A DNA stretch of 64,000 nucleotides from Kudoa neothunni (lineage: Eukaryota; Animalia; Cnidaria). Under the pieces are notes generated by a model. That model had not been told where the DNA came from, made no database searches, and saw only the letters and a program-made list of their open reading frames with translations. Both the position numbers and the translations under genes were made by a program. Positions 13,011 to 27,000 of the stretch are shown here, in pieces. The stretch covers positions 2,530,787 to 2,594,786 of the forward strand of contig OZ199840.1 of NCBI GenBank assembly GCA_964304625.1. The letters are read 5' to 3'. How positions within the stretch are numbered: the first letter of the stretch is position 1; each line of letters opens with the position of its first letter.

Positions 13011-14360
13011 ATGAACCAAGAAATTAGTGCTGATTTTACTATTACCAAGACGAAGAAAAATAATGACAGACTTATAATAAAGATTATAAAACAAAAGTTT
13101 GTCAGTATTGGAGGTGTCAAAAACGAGGATGTAAAGGTAGGCTAAGAACATTTCCGGCAGAACAGATAGAGAGGTTGGACACGTTAGGTTTCCATAATCA
13201 CTTAGTATCCGAGGAAGAAAAAACAGGTAATTTTTCAAGGATAAAATCAAGCATATCACAGAAAATGCCATATATCCAACTAATAAAGTGTATGATATTG
13301 CAACTAATCAAGATGTTTAAAAATTGCCAAATATTCCCAAAAAGTGTGTTTATCAAGTGATTCGAGATATACGAAAACGAAAGAGCATTGATGTAAATCC
13401 GGAGACAAATCTTTGCGGATCGATAATGACATTAACGAACAAAAATTTTTGTATATACGATTCTGGATCCGAGGATAAAAATAGAATTATTATTTTTGCA
13501 ACAGAAGAAAATCTTTCGCACCTAAAACATTCCAAATTCTGGGTTTTCGACGGAACGTTCAAGGTTGTTCCAAGAACGTTCTCCCAAATGTACACATTAA
13601 TGGTCACGTTTTTAACAAAATATTACCGTTGGTGCTTATTTTAATGACAGATAAGTCGGAGAGCAGCTATGACTGTATTATTCAAATAATTATTTAAAAA
13701 AAAGGAAACCTGGAACTTCCCAACATTATCATAGATTTTGAGGTTGTTGCTTATAATGCATTTAAAAAAGGAACAAAACATATGTTCTGCTTGTTCCATC
13801 TTGGCCAGTGCGTTAATCGAAGATTGCATAAATTGGGTCTATCAAAGTTTTATCAGGAAGATAGTGAGTTTAAACTTTTTGTCAAGTGCGTTACTTCGTT
13901 TGCCTTTGTACCGAACGATTTAGTGAAGATTAATTTGAAAAATTACTCCTACAAGCCAAGAAAACTGAAATAAAGAATTTAAATCTATTCCTAAGTTATT
14001 TTGAGAACTTCATTAATAGTAACAAATACCCTGTTGAATCATGGAACTCTCATTCTCAAACCCTTAATGATATACCTCTAACCTCCAATAATGCAGAAAG
14101 TTTCAATCGACGTTTTTATGCTAGGTTTGATCAAGCACATTCAGGTTTACTAACTTTTATTAAAAATTTACAAGAGAGACAAAGCTCAGTTGAACAAGAA
14201 GCCATGTTTTATTTATGCAATCCTAATAATGATCCTCGGAATAAAGATGTTAAATTAAAAATGGATAAGTTGAAAGCTTTATGTGAGAGTTATCATCGAT
14301 ATTATGATACATTATTCGTTCAGGGCTATTTCCAAAGAATATAACTGGTATATAGAGTAA
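13011..14360 (+). pseudogene. Mutator/MULE transposase with N-terminal FLYWCH-like zinc finger, frameshifted
   Basis: YWRCQKRGCKGR...HNH, FWVFDGTFKVVP, CLFHLGQ, PLTSNNAESFNR. Confidence 0.9.
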
Positions 14361-15178
14361 CCCCAATTTTCCCTACCTGCATTTCACTTTATAGTATCTT
14401 AGTTTTTATAATTCTTGTGCTGTCGCTGATAATGATTACAGGAAAAAATTACTATTAGATAGAAGTTCCAGGTTTATCGATATTGAAAAATGTGTGATCA
14501 TGTGTCATTTCCATGTATTCGCAGATCACTTGAAAAGTATCATTTTGTCTCCCTTAGATTATTTTTTAATTCTCGTTATCACTCTATATATATTTTTCGA
14601 ACTTAAATTCAAACCTTTCCATGTAACAAACTTTCCTTCATTTATAGATTAAGTATTGCATCTTCTCTGTAAAAATATTTTCTCCGCCTTCGCATCAATT
14701 AGTACTACATTTAGATTTCGGAACAAGAATTATTCATAGAAATATCCTATAACTGCAAGTATTTTTTTAGCAACTTTTGATTACGTTTAGATTTTCAGGA
14801 TGCATGTCGGACTTTTTGCCAATCTTGTGATAACAATTTATTCTTACCTAGTTACTCTTGTTTTTTTTGTAAGTTTAATCAATTTTTTATTTATTAAGAA
14901 TATAACAGCGTTTATTTCCAATGTTAATTATTTTTAACTCAAAATGTTTTCACCGGCCTTGATTTAATTATTTAAGTCCACAAATTGGAATAATATAATA
15001 TGAAAGATATTTATAAATTACTATAGCTAGATGTTTAGGAAAGGATAAGAATATTTTTAACAAACTATCTTTCCTATTACATACAAAACATCTTATCTTT
15101 GACAAATTCGTTACATTCGCATGCGCTTTTAGTCACCCATGAGTTTATATTACGGGTTTTTTACTTTTAGCGTACGTA

Positions 15179-16430
15179 CAGTGTTTCAAGTTCAAGATGC
15201 ATTCACATCCGATCATGAAGCAAATTTTATAGGTTCAGCTGATGTAATAATTAATTCAACCGTGAAAAAAAGAAAATATAACAAAACAAATGACTTCACG
15301 AGATTTAATTCTAAATTTATCAGAAGTTCGTTATTTTTAATTAATTAGCTATATGACTTTAATGAAAAAGTCCCAACTAAACAAATCGCCAAGTATGTTG
15401 GAGTTCATCCAACTACTGTCACAAGGATTCTTAAATTGAAGGATTCTACGGGAAGTGTGGAAAAGAAAAAAATGGAGGCAACCGACGTCAATTATTATAC
15501 GACGAATACAAACAATTCCTAAAACAACTTGTTGACGACGATTGCACTATAACATTAACATCTTTAGGGGAAATGCTAAATTCACAATATAACATCAGTG
15601 TATCCAGGAAAACGATTACTAATGTTCTTCAAGGATTTCACTATTTATTAAAAAAAATTTCCATAGTTCCTGTTGGCAGAAATCTACCCGAGAATATACA
15701 GAAAAGAAAAAAAGTAAATTATATATAATAAATTAAAATGAAATCTAAATTAGTTGTCATGAATTATCTTCAACAAAAGCCAAACTATTCCCTTGTTCTC
15801 TATATCGATGAAGCAGGATTCTCTTTATCAATGAGACGCTTTTTTGGAAGGTCCCCTGTTGGATCTAGAGCAAATTTAACCGTGAGAACCGTCCGCTCCG
15901 AAAATATTACATTGATAGCCGCAATGAGCTCCCAGAAAGTATGGCCAACCAAAGTACGCGAAGGCTCAGTAAATGAAAGTATATTTTCAGAATATTTAAT
16001 CCAACTTTTCATGGAGCTACAATTGGACGGTATACCAAACGCATTGCTCATAATGGACAATGTAAGATTTCACAAAACTGATTACATCATGGATCTTGTG
16101 GCAGAAACTAATCACTCGATTCCGTTTCTACCGCCATATTCCCCGTTCCTTAACCCGATCGAGGAACTTTTCAACCAGTTAAAAAATAATAGTAAGACAA
16201 GAATCCAACAAACAAAACTGAACTCATAGAGGCGATAAAATCTAGTCCGAATGATGTGACGTTTGCACAATGTCAAAACTATTGCAATCATGCAGAGAGT
16301 TATTTCCCACGATGCTTAAATAACGAAGTTATTGAAAATTAATTTATTGTTTCGATATTTAGTAATTACCTATTTTTTTCAAATAATGCATCTTGATTGG
16401 ACGTAAATGCATCTTGAACTTGAAACACTG
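15179..16430 (+). mobile_element. Full-length IS630/Tc1-mariner DD34E element (1252 bp), frameshifted transposase with a probable 40-nt intron
   Basis: TA target on both sides; TIR CAGTGTTTCAAGTTCAAGATGCATT at both ends; YIDEAGF, MDNVRFH, LPPYSPFLNPIEE. Confidence 0.96.
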
Positions 16431-16878
16431 TATATAGATCTGTATTCTTGTATTTGTAATAAAATAATTTTATTTTAGTTAATAAATTTTTTATATGGCG
16501 ATTATATTAGTTCCTGTGTTTTATTTCATGATAATACTTGAACCATCGATCTACAAATTGAATTTTACAACCAACCAACTACACATACACATAGATATTA
16601 TCTTAAGTATTTTTAGGGTTAAAATAAATACATTCAACATGATTAGAATTAATTACGTCAAACAAATAAATATACAATTAACCAAAAACTCAATTCTAAT
16701 CCAAAATTATATGCAACATTTAATTTAAAAACAACTTAACTGCTATTTCGCACATATACATATATATTCATTAATTTATCTGGCATGTTTTTACATATTC
16801 TATATGTTAGGAAATGTAAACAAATATATAAATTAAAATTATCGATAGAATTGTTGGGCAAGAAAACATAACCGTTTA

Positions 16879-17016
16879 TGTAACAATAATACCCAAACAC
16901 ACTACCAGTAGTATATATAAAGTTATACTTCTAGAACAATCTAGATGTCTCTGTTGTATTCCATAAGGCGGCTATATGGTTCTATCGTCATATAGGATCT
17001 TCCAGAGGCCTCAACA
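16879..17016 (+). repeat. Degenerate solo-LTR-like repeat, similar to 21512-21665
   Basis: TG...CA ends. Shares a TTCTAGA(N5)TCTAGA core and a GA[GA]GCC..AACA end with 21512-21665. No TSD found. Confidence 0.35.
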
Positions 17017-17503
17017 GGGGGTTTAGCAGATAGCGGCATATCGGACTGATGATAACTACCTCGTCGGTACATAATGGATTACTTTAGAAACCTACACACG
17101 ACCTTTCGTTAATGGGAAATATCTACTTCCAAAAATTTGTCCTTTTTCGCATGTGCAAACCTTCCGATTTCATAACAAATAATCTTTTTACATGTTTAAA
17201 TATGGAATGATCACAAATATCTTTAAAAATAACTGTTTTACAAAGTCAACAAAAATGCAACTTCGGTCAGTATCGTGACGAGCGCACAATTTTGCGCGTT
17301 CTTTTTTATGCTGTATTTCACAAAATTCCCACATATATACAACTTTGAGACTATTATTATCTCAAATCTAGTCCTATTATAGCATTTATGTGTAAAAATC
17401 ATATCTAACTAAATAGTAATAGATTTAGATAATTTGTTTGAATTCAAATGAACTTTTACCCAGACAGGATTCTAAATATTAAGTTTCGCTGATTAAAAGT
17501 GTC

Positions 17504-18559
17504 GGCTATCCTACATTATCTGTGTTTTCTTCGGCAAGAACACTCAAATTTCGTAAAAATTCGTAAACAATTTTAAAATTACATATAAAAATTCATTATA
17601 TATTGACATAACACACTAAAAAAATTTCTTGGGGTATCTTCTCCTAAACAAAAAGTCGGCCAAATATTCTGGTAATGTTTCTAGGATTTTATTGGCTATG
17701 TTTCTGTAATTGCGCTTGAATGCACCCCAGGTTGCTTCTATTCTATTAGTGTGAATTCCAGTAGGTGAAACAAAGTGCCTTTTATGAATAACGGTCCCAT
17801 GAGTAAAACCCAAATCAGCTAAACTATCGTATCCACGCCATCCATCTGTCCAAATAATGCTTACTCCCGTACGTTTTCCATAATTATTTCTTCTAAAGCG
17901 TGTATTTCTAACTTTGGACATTTTAAGGAAACAATTCCCATCCTCATCGATGCTTTCTATCATCCAGTATTGCTGGTTCTTTAATACTCGGCTAATGTTA
18001 TATTTATTTGTACAAATGGTAGTTCCGTCGATTTGTACAATCTTATGGGGTCCATCAATTTTTGAAAAATCTTTGTTAAGTTTTGATGCCATAAAATAAC
18101 AGATAATGGTTTTCCATTCACTAATTGATGTGAAAGAACCAATATCAAGTTCACACAACAGTTCATCGTAAGTTAAAGAAGGGTACTTGATAAAACAGAC
18201 CATTAAAATGAATGTTTTGTACAAAGGAAGGTTAGCCATTTCGAAAATGCTATCTTTCCTTAAAGCATATCGTTTGCTACAACTCTAGCATTTGAACTGA
18301 ACGCAATCACCGGTATCCTTCTGTTTGTATAAGTACATTCTTTCGCCACATGTACATTTCTTATACTCATGTAAAAGCCCAATTGCTTGTAAAACTTTAA
18401 TATTATAATGATTATCTTCTCTAAAATAAGCATGATCGAACATTATTATGTCGTTAATGTCGCCCAAAGTGAACGTTTCTCTAAACTTAAACATTGATCG
18501 TTTCACGAGCGAAATTACACGAATCTTAACGAAGAAAACACAGATAATGTAGGTTAGCC
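17504..18559 (-). mobile_element. Merlin (IS1016/ISXO2-like) element, frameshifted transposase
   Basis: 30-bp TIR GGCTA[T/A]CCTACATTATCTGTGTTTTCTTCG with 1 mismatch. VQIDGT, IWTDGWRGY, HTNRIEATWG and an N-terminal Cys cluster. TSD eroded. Confidence 0.93.
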
Positions 18560-18955
18560 AATATGTTAAACCCAATTAACTTTAGTTTACTCAAGTTTCT
18601 TAGTGGTTTATTTTGTTAATGGTACGAGAAATTGTGGAATTATTGATTGTTACAGTGTCGTTGGCACGCTCTAAAAAGCCACCCATTTGAAAGACTACTA
18701 CTGTCATGACCGCGCGGCTCAACGTGTGATCACGTGGTAACGATGAGCATCAGAATACTTCCCATTTTTGTAATACACTAACAACATAAATTAGGTTAAA
18801 GTTCACTTTAGCCCCATACCTTTCGGCAATAATCAGAACCCGAAAAAACTTCGGATTGGGTATTATTCGCGTTAGCGATGAAGCCTTTATTTCCACAATG
18901 ATTGCATTTGTTGATGGCTTATGGCCTCACAGTTCCATATCTTAATTATATGCAT

Positions 18956-19897
18956 TCATCCACGATTATCAACTAGTATCGGGATTGTAAATGGACCGTC
19001 GAATTTGCATAGCTGGCCGCGAACAAAACACGTATAATCAATTTCAATAATATCATTATCACTACCAGTGCAAATAGTGTTAACCTGCTTTTTTCGGCAG
19101 ACTACAGCCATATGACCACGTTTATGGCATTTGTGGCAAATAGCATCACCGCGGCAATCTTTTGTGGAATGATTTCTTGAACCGCATTTAGAGCATTTAA
19201 TTCTCTTGGGGTCATATTTCTGCTTCCTCCTAGATATAGCCAGTGACCCGAGCGGTAAGTCCAATTGGTCTTGAGCTATTTGAATAAGTTGGGTTACAGA
19301 GGAAGGTTTCGATGTGATTACAATCCGCTTAATATCATCCGGAAGCGAATTAGTACAGTGCTCAATTATGAGAGTCACTGCTGCATTTTGATCAATTGAT
19401 GGTAATGCCTTGCGTAACAAATTTTCAGTTGAATAGCAAAACTCAGCGAATAAAGAGACTCCATCCCATGTGGCTTGTTGGAACTTTCTCATCAAATTAA
19501 TTTGGCACGGTTTTCGAATATAAGCTTTTTGGAGTATTTGTATCATGTTAGTGAATGTGTCCCTTGTGGGTTTATACATGTTTACTTCGTTGAATTCCAG
19601 GAGATCCAAAGCGCTATCACATAGATATAGTGGCAGGAAGCGAGCTTTATCTAGCTCGTTCCAATTTGACGCCGATGACATCAGCACAAAATTCCTTTGG
19701 AATTTTTCGAAATCATCTTCCAACCCCTTGGATTTATTTAGTGTTGGTAGGTGCTTGGAGGGCTCACCCCTGTCACCAGATGTAACGCTAGCGCCACCGG
19801 GATAAATAGGCTCCGACAATAATTCACCCAAAAAGACTCTCCGTAATCAGACTACTATCCTAATAGTCTATCGACCGGCGGTGATGACGTGGCTACA
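18956..19897 (-). mobile_element. 3'-truncated Ty3/Gypsy element: probable 117-bp LTR (19781-19897), PBS, gag and start of protease
   Basis: TGTAGC...GTTACA segment followed by TC-TGGTGACAG PBS-like sequence. Gag has two CCHC knuckles (CSKCGSRNHSTKDC, CHKCHKRGHMAVVC), then ILVD. Confidence 0.85.
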
Positions 19898-21511
19898 ATA
19901 TCAATAATAAAAAAAATACACAAAATATTGTTTTGAGTAGCATGCCTGTTAATTATTATAGGTTTATATGTATATATGCTAGATTTATATATTAAGCAAT
20001 AACAAGGATTTTTTCGATTTATAGTTATATTCTATAAATTTATTAATGTCACCTAATATTAAACTGCATATTACATCTACTAATTATATTAAAGAGGAAT
20101 ATACATGTTGTTGATTTTGTAAATTGCGCACGCTCCAAAAAATTTTAATATTAAAACACATGTACGTAAAATGGCTTAAAATTATAAAAGTAATTAATTA
20201 TTACAATCAAGTTGAAAAAACATAGATTAGTTACACTTTAATAATTAAATATTACAAGTTAATCCTTATATATATGAAGGAGGACGGTCGGTATGTTTGT
20301 TTGTGTGTGTATGCCCCAAAGTACGCATGTGCGGATCATTTTTTCCTTATAGAGAGCCATATATAAAATTTTTATAAATTTATGATATTTAAGTCGTTTA
20401 ATTGTTTTCGGATGATTAAAGTTTCCAAAAAGTATGTATGAAATAGTGATTTTGTCGATTTAAAGTTTGTTTATCGGATTACATGAGTTCAACTATAGGA
20501 TTAGCGCCTGCTTATGTCATGGTTATGGTCGGTTGAGGTTAACTATCTCCCTTATATGCTCCATCATATGTTAATTGGACGATGCCATCTGCCTTTATGT
20601 ATAAGATTTGCGCGTTTATTTTATTGTTTGCACAAACAAATTCCTTATATCAGGAGTTTTAATGTAATTGACTTGATAAACACATCTTGAAGGCTCTATT
20701 AATGGATTTAGGTATGAAAAAATGTCAATATTTGCATTATTATTTAGTTGGTTATGCGTGTTATAATCAGATAGATTGAAGCACTGTAACGCAGGTATTG
20801 TGCCCGTAGATTTCATTGAAATCGTCTGTTATGTTGAACTTTCAGTGATTCAATTCAGTGCAGATGGTTACTTCATCTGATTATTTAAATTATTTGTTAG
20901 AAAATGTGCATTAACGTTTTTGCGGACCAAAGGATATTAATTTGAGTAATCCTTTTCCTTTATCTACTATATATGTAAATCTTAAGTGTCCGTGTGTGTT
21001 TCCCTAAGTACGCATGTGCGGGAAATTTTTTTCTTTTATATTGATATTTATGTAACTTTTATTAGTTAAAGATACTTTAACAACTTATTTTTTTTATTAC
21101 AATGATGGTAGTTCATAAATCATATAGAAAATTGTGTTGTTATCGGTTTCAGGTTGGTTAAGCGGATTATATGTTTCCATTAATAGGATTACTTTGTTTT
21201 TTTCGTGTCTATGTTTATGTATACTAAAGTTCTACAAGTTAACAAGAAAGTTTTTAGTGGTTCCGTTTTAAGCTCTATACCCATGATTTCGAGATACATC
21301 TTATGCCGTTTGTATCAATTATTATATATATTGATGAGAGAACTTTTGGATTGACTAAACAAACGTGCCTCTAGGTAAGCATACAAAATTATTTTCAATG
21401 TAAAATTGTTTGTCATACATTATATACAATCTTTCTTATAATCAGCCCACCCTTTTCCGTCATTACAAAACCAACATTGATGTCAACGCATTTGTTAAGA
21501 CAAGACACCAT

Positions 21512-21665
21512 TGTTATTAATATCACTATATGTATATCTACAAAGCTGTTTATATATGGAATTTAGAATCCAGAATGTTCTAGAAACATCTAGACCGATG
21601 ATAGATTGTTATAGAAGCTTTCAGTGTATTCTATGTTAAACTAGAACCATCTGGAAGCCCTAACA
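21512..21665 (+). repeat. Degenerate solo-LTR-like repeat, similar to 16879-17016
   Basis: TGTTA...TAACA ends and shared TTCTAGA core; no TSD. Confidence 0.35.
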
Positions 21666-22769
21666 GTATTGTTACAGAAATTTGGTTACTTGAGTTTTGA
21701 ACGTCACAAAAAGTGGGTTACTTAGTAATATTCATAATATTATATTATGAATTTAAATAAATCGTTCTATTTTGCGTTTAGAATAGATTAAATTGGATGA
21801 TTGACCCCTTTTTGAATTAACAACTAAGTTGTAAGTATTAACAAATAAGTATGTTCACAATAACAGTATTAAATATTTGTTGATTTATTAATCCTGTTTT
21901 CTTACTTCAAATTGTGTTTTCTTTCGCTGCCTTACATAATTCAGTTTCGACCAATATTAAGAATTTATCACAGGGAGTATTCTAATATACTTAAATAATA
22001 TATCTATTATATTTTTGATGAACTTTCAAATATATAATGATCAAGTCACAGAATTCCTAGAATTATGCAATAATTCTTCTTTATAAATGTTAGCTCTTCC
22101 ATATAAGGATTCAAGCAATGAATAATAACATTCGCTGGCTAACTTTTTCACTGATTAGTAAACGATACAACGAACAGTATTTTTGAATAAAAAGTTAATT
22201 CTACCTTAATGCGAAACAATTATATTATTGTATTTCGGTTACAGACGCCAACAACAATCCAAATTACATATATTGGAATTGTATCAGTATTATTACCACA
22301 ATGTTACTGTTATTACGATGATATCTTACAAAAAATTAATGGTTAATTACCATTTTAAGCTCATTATAATTTTAATTATTGATAGTACAAAAACAATTTC
22401 ACCAGATTCATGAAAAATAGTGTTTGAGAATTATTGTGTTACCACATCATTAAGTTACAAAGTTATTTCGGTTACCATAAGGATATTCGGAGAATTGATG
22501 AATTTTCATTGTAAATAGATATTTAAATGTAACATAACCTACGAATAATAATATCCCTTAACAACAAATGAAGTAACAATAAGATTATGACAAATCTATG
22601 CGCCCCTTTAAATTTGCGAGGATTTAGCAACAAGTTATTCGCTCTTTCCCGTTTGATCCTTCATTTACACAAAAAATTATGGATGCCGAAGACATGAAAA
22701 TCCTCAATTTCATAATGTTTTAAATGCTCGAGAGAGAAGGAGAGGAAGAGAAGCGAGGAGGAGACAACA

Positions 22770-23300
22770 GGAGAGTGAGGGGCAGGGAGAGAGAAGACGA
22801 CGAGGTAATAGAATTATAAATTTTAATAGGAGAGCACTTGAGACCGTGAAGGAAAGAAGACTACGATTAGAAGAGAGTAGGATGCGTGAACAAATTCGGC
22901 GTTCTCGAGCAACTGAGATACAAACTCAAGTAAGGAGGCAGAAAAATCTTCAACGCCAACAACGATTTCGTTCCCATGAAACTGAGCAAGTTGAATTGAG
23001 AAGACAGCGAAACCTGTTACAACAACGAAATATTCGTTCTCAACAAACTGCAGAGCAGGTTGAACTGAGAATGCAACAAAATCTATTGCGCCAGCAATAT
23101 CGTCGCTCCCAAGAAACAGACGAACAAGCTCAGTTGAGACGACAGCAAAATCAATTACGTCAACAAATAGTTCGATCTCAAGAAACAGAAGAACAAGCTC
23201 AGTTGAGACGCCAGCAAAATCAATTGCATTAACAAATAGTTCGATCTCAAGAAACGGAAGAACAATCCCAATTACGACGAGATCAAAATAGGATAAGAAA
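22770..23300 (+). repeat. 69-bp (23-aa) coding tandem repeat, STPR-like, at the RepHel N-terminus
   Basis: About 7-8 units of ETEEQAQLRRQQNQLRQQIVRSQ; the last units are near-identical at DNA level. Confidence 0.85.
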
Positions 23301-23984
23301 TATGATCTCTGCTCAAAATGAAAGTGTCCAACGAAGACAAGAACGCTTGGTTTTGGAAGCTGTTCAAACTTCTAATCGAAGACGATAACAAGTTGAAAAT
23401 TATAGCTTCCAGCAAATTCAGACAATTGAAACGATTCGAACCAATCCACAAGCAATTTCTGAGACGCCTCCTGTATGAAATCGCGCTGGCTTCAATTATC
23501 GCCCTAACCTCGATTATGCACGAGACAAGAATGTTACAATTGGAAAAATGGAATTACGATGTGAATTTTGCCATGCGAAAAAATGGTATGATGAGACTTC
23601 TGGTATGTGCTGCTCTGGTGGAAAAGTTATTTTGGATGTCTTGCCTACACCTCCGGAATTACTGTACACGCTGTTGTCTGGTGAAACTACAGATTCTAAA
23701 GAATTCTTGAGGAATACTAGAAAATACAACGCTACCTTTCAGATGACGTCTTTTGGCGCAAACATAGTTTCCGAGCATGGTTTCATGCCAACTTTTAAAG
23801 TTGAAGGGCAAATTTGCCATCGAATTGGGTCATTACTACCACAGCAGAATGAAGAGGCAAAATTTTTACAAATGTACTTCTTAGAAGATTGCAATTTACA
23901 GGCTGAAACCAGAGCAAGAATATATTCCAATTTAAACCATAACACTATAGTGTTACTTCAAAATATGTTACATGAGAAGAATAG

Positions 23985-24096
23985 TGTTATGTATTTAAAT
24001 TGCGCCAGAGAAGACAGCAGTGAATAGAACTGAACACACATGTCACCGAACCGGGAAGATTAGTATTAAATACTAAATGTTAGCAACTACGTGACA
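23985..24096. mobile_element. Solo LTR, 112 bp
   Basis: TG...CA ends and perfect 5-bp TSD AATAG. Removing it restores LHEKNSYIRSFKF in RepHel. Confidence 0.92.
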
Positions 24097-27000
24097 AATA
24101 GTTACATTCGAAGTTTTAAATTCGCCCTAGAAATGCACGCATCCGTGGATTTCCAAATTATCATTGACGCGGACAAACGCCCTAGAGGAGAACACCAAAG
24201 GAGGTTTAATGCTCCTGTTTGTAATAAGGTTGCTGTTATTATTTCGGAAACGCAACATGGCAACAGAGATATTGTGCTCAGGAGCAGAGATGATAGACTT
24301 CAAAGGATAAATGAAACACATCGTTCGTATGACGCTTTGCAATATCCTCTCATTTACGTTAACGGTGAAAATGGTTATCACTTTGGAATTCCCATGGTTG
24401 GAACACGTAAGACCGTTTCGTGCAAAGATTTCTACTCATACCATTTCATGGTGAGGGAAAATAATTACAATCCATTGCACAGATACAGAGCGTTATTTCA
24501 ATAATTCGCTGTTGATATGTTTGCGAAAATGGAGTCCGAAAGACTTGGCTACATCCGAACCCATCAAAAGGAGCTTCGTGTGGATTCCTACATCCATTTA
24601 CGCGACAATATGATGAATGATGGAGGAAATGTGGAATGCGGTCAACTTTGTATATTACCTTCCACCCACACTGGTTCGCCTCGATATATACACGAGAAGA
24701 CTCAGGATGCAATGACCTATGTTAGATGTTATGGTCGCCCTGATCTCTTCATTACCTTAATATGCAACCCTGTCTGGACTGAAAGTACTAACGAGTTATT
24801 CGACGGTCAAAGTGCAAGTGACAGACACGATGTGATGGCGAGAGTTTTCCAACTTAAATTAAAAAAATTAATGGGCTCCTTGACCAAATTGAAAATCTTT
24901 GGCGATGTACAATGCCATATGTACACTGTTGAGTGGCAGAAACGAGGATTACTACATGCTCATATCTTGGTATGGTTAAAAGAGAAGCTACATACCAGTG
25001 ATATTGATACTTTCGTATCAGCAGAGTTGCCTGATCCAACCATAGACTACGATTTATTCCAAACAATAAAAACTCAAATGGTCCATGGACCACGCGGCGT
25101 AATCAATCCTCATAGCCATTGCACGAAGGATGGAAGATGTAATAAGAAATATCCAAAAAATTTCTTGCAACAAACCCGAACTGACCATGATGGTTATCCT
25201 TTGTATAGGAGAAGGAAACCTGGCGACGGTGGATTGGAAGTTCTACTCAGATTAAGAGGGAATAGAGACGTCATTATTGATAATAGGTGGATAGTGCCAT
25301 ATTGCCCACTACTATCAAAAATATTCAATGCTCACATTAACGTAGAGTTTTGCAATTCGGTAAAATCCATAAAATATGTATGCAAATACATAAATAAAGG
25401 ATCCGATGCTGCAATGTATTCGCTAAACCAGCAATACATCAATGATGAAATTACGCAGTTTCAGATGGGAAGATACATTAGCAGTAGCGAAGCTTTTTGG
25501 CGGATATTTGGTTTTGAAATTCACAATCGGTATCCCGCCATTCAGCATTTGAGTGTCCATCTGGAAAATGGTCAACGCATATACTTCACCGAAGAAACAT
25601 TGTTAAGTCAGCTACAAAATCCCAAGGATACAACACTCATTGCGTTCTTCAAAATTTGTGGAGTTGATTCCTTCGCCAAAACTCTCCTTTACAATCAAAT
25701 ACCGTCCTACTATATCTGGAAAAATAACAAATGGGTTCGAAGAAAACGTGGCGTATCAGTTGAAGGACATCCGGGTGTTAAATTTGATCAAACGTTGGGA
25801 AGAGTATACACCATTCATCCTAACCAGCATTGAATGTTTTTATTTGAGAATCTTGCTGCATGAAGTTAGGGGACCAACATGCTTCGAGGATCTACGCACA
25901 GTTGATGATCGCGTATGTTCAACATACAGAGAAGCATGCATGTTGCGTGGCTTACTAGAAAACAACAGCCATTGGGAAAATACTATGGCTGAGGCTGTTG
26001 TTACAAATTCTCCAACGCAACTAAGAAGACTTTTCGCATTGCTAATTCGAACACGCGAGTTGAACTGCCCTTTCAACATTTGGTCAACTTTTAGAAACGC
26101 CCTCTCCGAAGATTACCTACTTCAACTTCAACTGGAAAACAATGTTTCGATTGAATACAACTCTACGATTTTCAACATGGCACTTACAGACATTGAAAAT
26201 ATGTTAATGGAAATGGGTGGTGAGACGTTGAATACTTATGGTTTTCCTGCCATAGACAGGAGTTTTGGTAACCACCTTCCCAGTAAAATTCGACGAGAGC
26301 TTGGGTATAATATATAACGATTAAATGAATTCGTTGTGCTGAACAAGCCTAAATTAACTGATGAATAGATCCATGCTTTTAACACCATACTACAAAGTAT
26401 GGACAGTCAGCATAATCATGGTCACATATTTTTCTTAGATGCGCCCAGTGGAACATGGAAGACGTTTGTGATCAACTTGCTCTTAGCAGAAATAAGAAGA
26501 CATAACAAAATTGCACTGGCAGTGGCTTCGTCTGGAATTGCCTCTACATTACTCCCATGTGGTAGAACTGCTCATAGCACCTTCAAGCTTCCCTTAAAAC
26601 TGTTAGATGATGGTACTGCAACTTGCAGAATTAGTAGGGGGAGCGGCTCCGCTGAATTGTTAAAACGTACTTCAGCAATCATTTGGGATGAATGTACGAT
26701 GGCGAACAGGATCGCTTTAGAAGCATTGGATCGATCATTAAGAGATATTACGGAAAATGATGTCCCGTTTGGTGGCATCACAATGGTACTCTCTGGAGAT
26801 TTCCGCCAAACTTTGCCAGTTATACCAAAAGGTACAAGAGGTGATCAGATTAAGTTATGTTTGAAGTCGTCATACTTATGGTCAGCAGTCAAACCTGTTA
26901 GATTGACCACCAACATGAGGGTTCATCTTCACAACGACTTGGAATCTGGAGAGTTTTCGTCTAATATTCTGAAAATTGGTGATGGGAAATTTATTAGCGA

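Noticed and set aside
1-18559. Bacterial IS630/IS1016 elements implying prokaryotic origin or contamination
   Set aside because: They are interleaved with LTR elements, Helitrons and piggyBacs, and two carry GT-AG intron-like blocks; they are eukaryotic Tc1-like and Merlin relatives.
22805-22829. Apparent 25-nt GT...AG mini-intron in RepHel
   Set aside because: The unspliced sequence is open and keeps the 23-aa repeat register; splicing would shift the frame.
22900-23290. CRISPR-like periodic repeat
   Set aside because: Contiguous coding tandem repeat with no unique spacers and no cas genes; eukaryotic context.
23230-26370. TAA/TAG at apparent Gln positions, suggesting a reassigned genetic code
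   Set aside because: These are single C>T changes in a pseudogene. The 1126-aa and 549-aa ORFs encode many Gln with no in-frame TAA/TAG.
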